Position numbers and translations under genes: made by a program | NCBI GenBank assembly: GCA_003056205.1 | Contig: LSNS01000004.1 | Location: forward strand, 124,630-188,629 | Direction: 5' to 3' | DNA from: Parcubacteria group bacterium M6-OD1-4 | GTDB lineage: Bacteria; Patescibacteriota; Patescibacteriia; Patescibacteriales; UBA12465 | Length of the DNA: 64,000 bases | Shown here: piece after piece, positions 1 through 10,363 of the stretch | Numbering within the stretch: position 1 is the stretch's first letter | Layout: every line of letters begins with the position of its first letter | The notes under the pieces: generated by a model | What the model was told of the DNA's origin: nothing | Seen by the model: the letters and a program-made list of their open reading frames with translations, nothing else | Database searches by the model: none

Positions 1-502
1 CATATTTATAAGTTTCTCGGGCTTCTAAATATTTTTTCTGCCCAACATATAATTCAGCGAGATTAAAAAAAGCTGATAAATTCTTTTGATCTAATTTAAT
101 AATTTCTAGTAATTTTTTTTCCGCTAAAGCGTCATCTTCCTTTTTCAAAGACTCTTGGGCAATAAGTTTTAAATTCTTAATCCGCTTTTGTTTTTCTGAC
201 CAGGGAATTTTAATATTAGCCTGACAATTAGCTTTTATTTTTTCTAAATTTGTCTGTTGATTTTGCAAAAACTCAGTGGAATAGCGTTTAATGAATAACA
301 AAAACCTTCCTAAAAATCCGCTCCAACGTTCAAGATCACGTTGCACCCGACTTTTAATAATTTGCTGTTTAAATTTAGTTTCTTTCTCTCCCAAAATATC
401 AGTAACATTAAGAATGGCTAAGGCTGGAAATTTTTTAATAATAATTATTAAAATTACCAAGGCCGCCAGAATAATTAAGATAAGAGAAATTATATTGAAC
501 AT
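1..502 (-). CDS. N-terminally membrane-anchored TPR-repeat protein (3' end runs off window; absent from ORF track)
   Basis: Manual translation from ATG at 502: MFNIISLILIILAALVILIIIIKKFPALA... then TPR-like AEKKLLEIIKLDQKNLSAFFNLAELYVGQKKYLEARETYKY, open to the window edge; start overlaps the tpiA stop. Confidence 0.8.
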   Translation of the reverse strand, partial: MFNIISLILIILAALVILIIIIKKFPALAILNVTDILGEKETKFKQQIIKSRVQRDLERWSGFLGRFLLFIKRYSTEFLQNQQTNLEKIKANCQANIKIPWSEKQKRIKNLKLIAQESLKKEDDALAEKKLLEIIKLDQKNLSAFFNLAELYVGQKKYLEARETYKY

Positions 503-1230
503 ATTGAACTAAACTCTTTAATCTGTAAGGCGGCCGCTCCAATTAATAAGCCGTCAATATTTTTTTGCGCTAAAAAGTCAGCCGCATTCTGATCATTAAC
601 ACTACCACCATATAAAACCGCAATCTTTTTCTTTAAAATCCTTTGCGCCTTTTTTTTGATAAAAGTTTGAATCCGATCCGCTTCACTAGCTAAGATAGGC
701 CGGGCAGCATGGTTTGTACTAATCGCCCAAATTGGTTCATAAGCAATAATTAAATCACGAGCTCTTTTAATTTTAATTCCTTTTAAAGCGCGATGTAATT
801 CGGAATTCAAATAGCTTTCCGCTTCACCGTTGTTTCTCTCTGTTAGCTTCTCCCCAATACAAAGAATCGGAATAATTCCTTGGCTTAAAGCAACCCGAAT
901 TTTAGCATTAATAATTGCTGAATTTTCATGGAGATGATTGCGTCGTTCACTATGCCCCAGAATAACATATTTTACTCCCAACTGACGAAGATTAACGGCA
1001 GAAATCTCACCGGTATAAGCTCCAAATTCAGCGACCGCCGAGTCCTGAGCCCCGAGAGCGATAAAAGTTTTTTTTAATAAGGGGCTGATTAAAACTAAAG
1101 ATAAATAATCTGGACAAATCACAATTTGCGCCGAAGAAAACTTTAATTGCTGAAGCATTTTTTTAGTTAAGGACAAACTATCTTTGATATTTAATTGCAT
1201 TTTCCAATTAGCAACAATCATTTTTTTCAT
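490..1230 (-). CDS. tpiA: triosephosphate isomerase
   Basis: NWKM, GAYTGEIS, GHSERR, YEPIWAI, YGGSV motifs. Confidence 0.95.
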   Translation of the reverse strand: MKKMIVANWKMQLNIKDSLSLTKKMLQQLKFSSAQIVICPDYLSLVLISPLLKKTFIALGAQDSAVAEFGAYTGEISAVNLRQLGVKYVILGHSERRNHLHENSAIINAKIRVALSQGIIPILCIGEKLTERNNGEAESYLNSELHRALKGIKIKRARDLIIAYEPIWAISTNHAARPILASEADRIQTFIKKKAQRILKKKIAVLYGGSVNDQNAADFLAQKNIDGLLIGAAALQIKEFSSICSI

Positions 1231-1257
1231 AAAGCTTGGTAAAATTTAATTTAATTC

Positions 1258-2190
1258 TTATTCTTCTTGGAGATGGCTTTTGGTCCAATTAATAGTTCTT
1301 TTAATACCCTCTTCTAAGTCAACGCGGGGATACCAATTTAGAACATCACTGGCCCGCTGGTGATCGAGACAACTCCGACGCTGTTCACCTGCTCGAGCGG
1401 AAAGTTCTTTAACAATTATCGCTGATCCTAAAGCTTTTTCAATTTTCTGACGAATATCTAATAAATTAGTTTCCACTCCAGAAGAAATATTTAATTCTCC
1501 ATGACAAGTAATTTCCTGGGCAGACTGTAAGGCTTGGACAACGTCATCAACATAAACAAAATCACGAGTTTGTTGACCATCACCATATTGTTTGCTTTCT
1601 CGCCCCCGAACCGCATTATCAATAAAAATAGCAATCACTCCCGCTTCCCCACCTTTAAATTGTCGTGGACCGTAAACATTAGCAAAACGTAAAATAGTAT
1701 AATCTAAGTGATAAAGATGATAGTAAGAATTTAAATATTTCTCAAAAGTTAATTTATGAATACCATAAAAAGAAAGGGGATAGGTGGGATAAGATTCTTT
1801 GGTAGGAATTTCATCCGCTTCACCATAAATTGCTCCACCAGTAGAAGAAAAAATGATTTTTTTTATTTGTTGACGACGACAATTTTCTAAAATATTCCAA
1901 GCCCCAATAACATTAATTTGATTATCTTGCAGAGGATTGGCAACTGATTTACTAATTTCAATTTGGGCCGCAAGGTGATAAACAAAATCAAACTTTTCTA
2001 ATTGAAAAATTCGCTCCAATTCTGGAGAATTAATATCTAATTGATAAAATTTTGCCAGAGGATTCAGATAATCTTTTCGTCCCGCGGACAAATCATCAAC
2101 GACAACTACTTTATTTCCCGCTAAAATTAACTTATCAACTAGGGTGGAACCAATAAAGCCTGCACCACCAGTTACTAAAATATTAGACAT
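1258..2190 (-). CDS. NAD-dependent epimerase/dehydratase (UDP-glucose 4-epimerase-like SDR)
   Basis: TGGAGFIG Rossmann motif, HLAAQ, SSTGGAIYG, YGIHK (YxxxK), RFANVYGPRQ, TRDFVYVDD. Confidence 0.9.
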   Translation of the reverse strand: MSNILVTGGAGFIGSTLVDKLILAGNKVVVVDDLSAGRKDYLNPLAKFYQLDINSPELERIFQLEKFDFVYHLAAQIEISKSVANPLQDNQINVIGAWNILENCRRQQIKKIIFSSTGGAIYGEADEIPTKESYPTYPLSFYGIHKLTFEKYLNSYYHLYHLDYTILRFANVYGPRQFKGGEAGVIAIFIDNAVRGRESKQYGDGQQTRDFVYVDDVVQALQSAQEITCHGELNISSGVETNLLDIRQKIEKALGSAIIVKELSARAGEQRRSCLDHQRASDVLNWYPRVDLEEGIKRTINWTKSHLQEE

Positions 2191-2242
2191 ATATTCAATA
2201 CTAACATACTTTTTTTTAAAAAAAAAGTCGCCAATTAAACAT

Positions 2243-2271
2243 TTGCCAATTAGGATATTTTTTGCTAAAAT
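2243..2271 (+). promoter_or_regulatory. sigma70-type promoter for gyrB
   Basis: TTGCCA-17bp-TAAAAT with extended TG. Confidence 0.55.
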
Positions 2272-2401
2272 GATTATAGATAAGGAGTCAAAAAAATTTT
2301 AATAAATTTAAAAATAAAAATTAGTACACTCCCTTAAGTGAGGATTTTTTATTTGGAAACAAAAGGAAAAGCTTAAGAAAACTACACTTATTTCTAATTA
2401 A

Positions 2402-4477
<2,076 letters not shown>

Positions 4478-4481
4478 TATC

Positions 4482-4916
4482 ATGTATATCTACATCCTTT
4501 GTCCAATAATCGCTTTCGTTATTGCTCAAGGTCTAAAAACAATTTTACATTCTTTTAAGCATAAAATAAGCTGGCGAGATATTTTTGCTTATTCCGACAT
4601 GCCCTCTGGTCATACCGCTGTGGTAATTTCTTTAGTAGTTATTTTGGGTTTAAGATTAGGCTTAAGTTCACCAATTTTTGCCACCGCCGTGGTCTTTGCG
4701 CTCATTGTTATCGTGGATGCTATTGGTCTCAGAAATTATCTTGGTCAACATGGTAAAACTTTAAATATTTTAGTAAAAGATTTAAAAGAAGATGAGTTTT
4801 TAGATCGAAGCTACCCCGAATTATTAGAACATATCGGACATACTCCTCTGCAAGTCATCATCGGTTTCTTAATTGGTGCCTTAACTAGTCTTGTGGCATT
4901 TTATTTATTTTTCTAA
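4482..4916 (+). CDS. divergent PAP2 family (DUF212-like) membrane protein
   Basis: AQGLK, MPSGHTA, DAIGLR, GHTPLQV motifs plus hydrophobic helices. Confidence 0.85.
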   Translation: MYIYILCPIIAFVIAQGLKTILHSFKHKISWRDIFAYSDMPSGHTAVVISLVVILGLRLGLSSPIFATAVVFALIVIVDAIGLRNYLGQHGKTLNILVKDLKEDEFLDRSYPELLEHIGHTPLQVIIGFLIGALTSLVAFYLFF

Positions 4917-4941
4917 AAATTAAATTAATTTTTCTCAAAAT

Positions 4942-4971
4942 AAAATCAGGTTAGTAATTAACCTGTTTTTT
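4942..4971. terminator. intrinsic terminator between convergent genes
   Basis: CAGGTTA-GTAAT-TAACCTG followed by T6. Confidence 0.65.
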
Positions 4972-5014
4972 GAACTAAAATTTAATTTTTAAAAATAATA
5001 GGGAGACAAAAAAG

Positions 5015-5938
5015 TTAAGTTGATTTCTTCTCTAACAAACTTTTACCAGTCATGTCTTCGCTGGGGTTTAGACCCAGAATATTTAAAATAGTTGGTGCTA
5101 AATCAGCAAGCGTTCCCGCCGGAGCTAAAGAACTTAAATCATTATTTAAAGGATCAACCAAGCCAATTGTCTTCCCTCTAAATTCGGAACCAACAATAAT
5201 AACTGGTACGGGATTGTTAATCTGATAATTATCTAATAAACCAGTTTCCGGATTATGAATTTGTTCAGCACCACCACCAGCAGCCGAAATAATTAAGACA
5301 CCATTTTTAGCGTTAAGAGCTTTGAGAATAAGATGAAATCCTTTGTCAATAATTTCAATTGCTTGTTGGAGCCCTAGAAAATCACTTTTTTGCGCTAATA
5401 AATCTAAGACGGGGAGAGCTAATACCAAAAGATCAAGATTCTTCTCGAGTTTAATCGCTTGAATAGCCTCTTGAATACTTTCTTGAAGAGTCACTAAAAC
5501 TTGCTTACCAGATGAACCATCTACAGAAGGAATAAGGCGTAATTCTTCTTGGGGATATTTTTGATCAGAAGCTCCATTAAAAAAATAAGTTAAAGCTGCC
5601 AAACGCTCAACAACGGTAATTTTGATTTGTTTTAACTTAGCCTGGGCTAAAATTGAACTTAAACTAAAACGAGTTTTTTGCTTTTCGTCGAGAATCTCTT
5701 GCCCCGTGCCAATACTCTGATAACGAGCATTCCAACTTAAGGCTGATGAACTGAGAAGAGCGACTGGATATTTATTAATTAAATCATCAAAAACTGGAGT
5801 CGGGGTATCAACAATGGCATTTTCTTGATTAGCTGAAGCAATCCCCCAACCATCAATTAATAATAAAACTACCGGCCTTGATAATAAGGGAGGTTCATCG
5901 CTATGAGAATTAGAATTTAAAGTATTTTGAGCAGACAT
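5015..5938 (-). CDS. degenerate, internally deleted cofactor-independent phosphoglycerate mutase (GpmI) homolog, probably catalytically inactive
   Basis: RPVVLLLIDGWG, NAI...TP, TYFFNG, NPVP, LADLAPTIL..L...MTGKSL match GpmI termini; only 307 aa; catalytic Ser and His/Asp metal motifs not recognisable. Confidence 0.8.
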   Translation of the reverse strand: MSAQNTLNSNSHSDEPPLLSRPVVLLLIDGWGIASANQENAIVDTPTPVFDDLINKYPVALLSSSALSWNARYQSIGTGQEILDEKQKTRFSLSSILAQAKLKQIKITVVERLAALTYFFNGASDQKYPQEELRLIPSVDGSSGKQVLVTLQESIQEAIQAIKLEKNLDLLVLALPVLDLLAQKSDFLGLQQAIEIIDKGFHLILKALNAKNGVLIISAAGGGAEQIHNPETGLLDNYQINNPVPVIIVGSEFRGKTIGLVDPLNNDLSSLAPAGTLADLAPTILNILGLNPSEDMTGKSLLEKKST

Positions 5939-5941
5939 AAA

Positions 5942-7192
5942 TTATTTAATAAGCTCCGCAATCTTCAATAAACGATTATACTTAGCTACTCGTTCACCAC
6001 GAGAAAGCGAACCAGCTTTGAGATAATTAGCACCCGTGGCAACGGCTAAGTCAACAATAAAATCATCATTACTTTCATCACTGCGTTGGGAAATAATAAT
6101 TTGATAATGATGTTGTTGAGCAAGTTGCAGACAAGCAATAGTTTCTGTGATTGTTCCAGTTTGATCAGGTTTAATTATTATTGCATTAGCAGCTTGTTCT
6201 TGAAGACCCTGGCTTAAACGACGACGGTTAGTAGTAAATAAATCATCGCCAACAATTAAGATTTTTTGACCAAGTTCCTTAGTAAGTTCACGCCAAGCTG
6301 CCCAATCGTTGATTGCTAAGGGGTCTTCTAAATAGATTAAGGGATACTTTTTTAACCATTCATGATATAAGCCAATTAAATTACTAGAACTAAAATAAGC
6401 GTGGTCTAAGGGAAAAACGTATTTTTTTTCTTTTTCTTCATAGAGAACTGAGGAACCAATATCAATCCCGAGATGTAAATCTTGACCCGGTTGGTAGCCA
6501 GCACGAATAGCGGCCGCCAGAATAAATTCTAAAGCTTCCAAACTAGAATCTAAGTTAGGAGCATAACCACCTTCAACGCCAGTATCAGTATCATAACCAG
6601 ATTCATGGAGAACTAAACCCAACTCTTTAAAAATCTCCGCTCCCATTCTCACCATCTCGGAAGCAGATTGCAATTTAGGTATTAATAAAAACTCTTGAAA
6701 ATCTAAATTAGTATCAGAATGTTTTCCACCATTAAACATATTAAAGAGAGGCTGGGGAATCCGTGGTGAAGCTAAGGAAAAAGTATCTTGTAAATAAACA
6801 AATAATTCCTGCTTTTTACTCTGAGCAGCTACCCGAGCGACAGCCAAGGAGACCGCCAGAATAGAATTTGCTCCTAAGTTACTTTTATTGGTGCTAGCAT
6901 CAAGGTCAATTAAAATTTGATCAATATTTTTTTGAGCAGTTACTTTCTGACCTTGGAGAGCAGGGGCGATAATTTCTTCAATTTTTTTAACTGCCTGCAA
7001 AACTCCTCGTCCACCATAGCGTTGTGAATCATGATCCAATAAATCCCAAGCCTCATAATCTTCAGTAGAAGAGGCACTCGGAACACTGGCTTGAGCTGTC
7101 AAACCATTATCCAAAGAAATTTGAACTTCAATTGTCGGCAAACCGCGAGAATTTAATATTTCTCGAGCTTGAATTGTTTTAATTTTTGCCAT
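5942..7192 (-). CDS. eno: enolase (divergent active-site motifs)
   Basis: AREILNSRGLPT, LGANSILAVS, NGGKH, FQEF, EDP, VGDDL, SRGERVAKYNRLL. Confidence 0.92.
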   Translation of the reverse strand: MAKIKTIQAREILNSRGLPTIEVQISLDNGLTAQASVPSASSTEDYEAWDLLDHDSQRYGGRGVLQAVKKIEEIIAPALQGQKVTAQKNIDQILIDLDASTNKSNLGANSILAVSLAVARVAAQSKKQELFVYLQDTFSLASPRIPQPLFNMFNGGKHSDTNLDFQEFLLIPKLQSASEMVRMGAEIFKELGLVLHESGYDTDTGVEGGYAPNLDSSLEALEFILAAAIRAGYQPGQDLHLGIDIGSSVLYEEKEKKYVFPLDHAYFSSSNLIGLYHEWLKKYPLIYLEDPLAINDWAAWRELTKELGQKILIVGDDLFTTNRRRLSQGLQEQAANAIIIKPDQTGTITETIACLQLAQQHHYQIIISQRSDESNDDFIVDLAVATGANYLKAGSLSRGERVAKYNRLLKIAELIK

Positions 7193-7196
7193 ATTT

Positions 7197-8375
7197 TTAT
7201 TTACTAACTATTTTACTCAAACCAGGCATGAGACCACCACCCAGATAGGTCAACATTGCTCCCCCCGCTGTAGAAATCCAATCCACATAACGAGCCATCT
7301 TGGTTAATTTAAGAGCTTCAACTGTATCCCCACCGCCAACCAAACCATAGGCCCGCCCCGAAGAACGAGCAGCGATTAAAGTTGCCGTTGCCACGGTTCC
7401 CTGGCGAAAACTCTTTTCTTCAAATTTACCAAGTGGTCCATTCCAAACTAGCGTAGCCGCTGTTTTAATACGCGTGGCAAAATCAGCAATTGTCAGTGGA
7501 CCAATATCAAAGATAGTATCACTCGCATCCACTTCAGTAGTTTTAATAACTCGCGTCTGGTGTTTCTTGGTTTCAACCACCAGATCACGAGGTAAAATAA
7601 TTTTTGGCACAATCTTTCCTCGTCGAAAAAGTTTTTTTACTATTTTCTGATCTCGGTCAGCGACTAAAGAACGACCAATTTCTAAACCTTGGAATTTAAA
7701 GAAATTATTCGCCAAAGCACCACCAATTAAAATCCAACTCGCACGCGGATAGAGCTTTAAAATTAATGGCAATTTAGTTTCTAATTTAGCTCCGCCCATA
7801 ATAATCACCAGGGGTTTTTTGGGGAGAAGAATTCGATTTAACGCTTTAACTTCCTGTTCTAATAAGAGTCCTGCATAAGATGGTAAAAACTTTTTGATGG
7901 CGGAAATTGAGGCTTGAAACCGATGAGAAACAGCAAAAGCATCATTAACATAAAGATCAGCTAAAGAAGCTAAACGAGCCGCAAATTTTGGACTATTCTG
8001 ATATTCACCAGAGTAAAAACGAAGATTTTCCAAAAAAACAATTTCTCTCGGTTTCATTCGTTTAATTGCCTGACGAGTAGCAGAATTAATTCCTCCTGGT
8101 AAAAACTTTACTTTTTGTTTTAAAATTTGTGCTAAGCGTCGAGCCAGCGGTCGAGTGGAATAAATTAATTGGGATTTAGAACTCGGCCTGGCCAGATGAG
8201 TCGCAATAATTATTTTCGCTCGATGATCTTGTAAAAATTCAATACTGGCTAAAGCGACTCGAATCTTATAATCTTCTTTAATGCGACCAGAACTAAACGG
8301 AACATTAAAATCAACTCGCAAAAAGACAGTTTTATTTGCTAAATTTTTAACTTTTCTAATAGAATTAATTTTCAT
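7197..8375 (-). CDS. pgk: phosphoglycerate kinase
   Basis: RVDFNVP, ENLRF, NDAF..HR, GGAK, DIGP, WNGPLG.FE, GGGDT. Confidence 0.95.
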   Translation of the reverse strand: MKINSIRKVKNLANKTVFLRVDFNVPFSSGRIKEDYKIRVALASIEFLQDHRAKIIIATHLARPSSKSQLIYSTRPLARRLAQILKQKVKFLPGGINSATRQAIKRMKPREIVFLENLRFYSGEYQNSPKFAARLASLADLYVNDAFAVSHRFQASISAIKKFLPSYAGLLLEQEVKALNRILLPKKPLVIIMGGAKLETKLPLILKLYPRASWILIGGALANNFFKFQGLEIGRSLVADRDQKIVKKLFRRGKIVPKIILPRDLVVETKKHQTRVIKTTEVDASDTIFDIGPLTIADFATRIKTAATLVWNGPLGKFEEKSFRQGTVATATLIAARSSGRAYGLVGGGDTVEALKLTKMARYVDWISTAGGAMLTYLGGGLMPGLSKIVSK

Positions 8376-8382
8376 AATTTTA

Positions 8383-9576
8383 TTATTTTAATTTTCCCAA
8401 CTTAATCTCTGCAGTTTTCTCCCGACCCTGACGATTATAAGTCAAAGTAATAGTCTCTCCAGCCTTATAATTACTCAATAAATCTGCCAAATCATGACGG
8501 GAATCAATTTTTTGATTATTAACCCAGGTAATGATATCTCCGGCTCGTAAACCAGCCACCGCCGCTGGACTATTTTTCAAAACAGCCGGTCCTTGCGTAC
8601 CAGAATGTAACCAAGCTCCTTGACTCAATTTAATTCCCAAAGCTTTAATCAAACTAAGATTTAAATAGTTAACCCCTAAGAAAGGTTTCGTGGCCGGAGT
8701 ATTTTGCACTAAGGACGACCAAATAGTTTGATAAGAAAACGCGGGAATAATTTTTTGTTGAGAATTAATAATTGCGACCAAATCTCCTGCTAAATTGAAA
8801 ACAAAAGAATTTTTGAATTTACTATTATCACCATTAGTTAAATTTAAATTAGCACTCAAAACATCACTATTAGAAACTAGCGATTTCCGGACCAGAGAAG
8901 TTAAGACGGAGGGTTGAATAGTGGCCATTCCTTGAAAAATTAATAAACTTTGTCCAAGACTTAAATCAGAACGAGCAACTATTTTTTTAGTAGGTAAATT
9001 AGCAGCACCCTGGAGATGTAAAAGCATCAAAGCCCCAGGTGATTTTTGAAGATAAATAAAACGATCAATCTGATATGAATGACGATTATTGCCAATGACG
9101 GTATAATTCTTAAATTTGAAATTCCCAGCCAGATTACTAGGCGCCAAAGCTAAAACCCAACCATCAGCGGTAATAATTAATCCGGTAAACAAAGGATGGT
9201 CTAAACGATAATAAGTTGCTGAGGATTGACTATTTATTTTCGAATGGGAATTATTATTCAAAACCGCTGAAGTTTGTTTTGTACTAGAGCTAGAAATAGT
9301 TTTGAAAATACCCACTAAGCTGGGTCGGATACTACTAATAGTTTCACTAACTTTAACATCTTGATTAACAATTACTTTCTGGGGATTACGAATAACTAAA
9401 CCTAAATTATTATTATTTAGATTAGCCAGATTAAGCTCACTGGCAGAATAAGAAAAACTTGGGAAAATATAGACTTGGGTTAAAATAGACCCGAGGACAC
9501 CAGCAAAAAGACCACCAATTACAATTAGAATAATAGTCGTCCAAAAATTTCGATCGGGTTTGGATAAATTAGACAT
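8383..9576 (-). CDS. membrane-anchored HtrA/DegP-like trypsin-fold + PDZ protein lacking the catalytic triad
   Basis: N-terminal TM helix; PSLVGIF; TGLIITADGWVL; C-terminal PDZ PFLGV...NSPAAVAGLRAGDIIT; no TNxH or GNSGGP. Confidence 0.8.
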   Translation of the reverse strand: MSNLSKPDRNFWTTIILIVIGGLFAGVLGSILTQVYIFPSFSYSASELNLANLNNNNLGLVIRNPQKVIVNQDVKVSETISSIRPSLVGIFKTISSSSTKQTSAVLNNNSHSKINSQSSATYYRLDHPLFTGLIITADGWVLALAPSNLAGNFKFKNYTVIGNNRHSYQIDRFIYLQKSPGALMLLHLQGAANLPTKKIVARSDLSLGQSLLIFQGMATIQPSVLTSLVRKSLVSNSDVLSANLNLTNGDNSKFKNSFVFNLAGDLVAIINSQQKIIPAFSYQTIWSSLVQNTPATKPFLGVNYLNLSLIKALGIKLSQGAWLHSGTQGPAVLKNSPAAVAGLRAGDIITWVNNQKIDSRHDLADLLSNYKAGETITLTYNRQGREKTAEIKLGKLK

Positions 9577-9580
9577 AAAG

Positions 9581-10354
9581 TTAAAGCCAACGAGCAGTTA
9601 AAAATAATAATAAAATAGCGATGATGGTTAAAACGAGAGGGAGTTTTAGGGTACGACGATTTAAACTATGACTGTTATCTAAGCGAAGAATCATTAAGCC
9701 TAAATAATAAATAATGGCTAAAAATAGGGCTAAAATATTAAAGTTAAGAGGGAGCAAAGAAAAAACCCAGGCAAACTCAGTTAAAATTAAAGCATTAATC
9801 AAACTTAAACCCCCAACTGGCCAATCTTTTTGAGATTTTAGGGGTCGAAACTGAACAAATAGCAACCAACTAATTATTGCTAAAATAGTCAGACTTAGAT
9901 AGAGAGGCCAAGTAATAAAAGCGGAAAGATGAAACAAGACGGCGGCGGTCGCAAAGGCAATTAGAAAACTTCCAGAAATTAAAAGATTATCTAATTTAGT
10001 TCCCCATTTTGTTTCTGCTTCGGTCCCTAAAAGATGAAGGGAATAATAATAGAAATCTCGTAAATACAGAAAAATAAAAATAGTAATTAATAGATAAATT
10101 AACTGAATCCAAAAATTACTAATAACAATGGCCGCATAAAAAGAAAAACTTAGTAAAAACAAAACTGGAAAAATAATAAATAATAACCAATATTTTTTAC
10201 TATGGTTATTAAGATAGCGGACACTTAAAACTACTAATAATATTTCTAAAATAAGGATGATATAAAAAAACTGTGGTGACCATAAAACAAACTCAGCTAA
10301 AAACCAAATAGCGAGGGCGGTAAATAAAGGAATAAAACGTTGATATTTTGTCAT
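9581..10354 (-). CDS. polytopic membrane protein (DUF5656-like)
   Basis: About 8 hydrophobic helices, 'ILTEFAWVFSLLP' segment and C-terminal 'TARW'; family name recalled, not searched. Confidence 0.55.
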   Translation of the reverse strand: MTKYQRFIPLFTALAIWFLAEFVLWSPQFFYIILILEILLVVLSVRYLNNHSKKYWLLFIIFPVLFLLSFSFYAAIVISNFWIQLIYLLITIFIFLYLRDFYYYSLHLLGTEAETKWGTKLDNLLISGSFLIAFATAAVLFHLSAFITWPLYLSLTILAIISWLLFVQFRPLKSQKDWPVGGLSLINALILTEFAWVFSLLPLNFNILALFLAIIYYLGLMILRLDNSHSLNRRTLKLPLVLTIIAILLLFLTARWL

Positions 10355-10363
10355 AAAATAATT

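Noticed and set aside
291..512. 73-aa plus-strand ORF
   Set aside because: Antisense shadow of the minus-strand TPR gene (502 to window edge)
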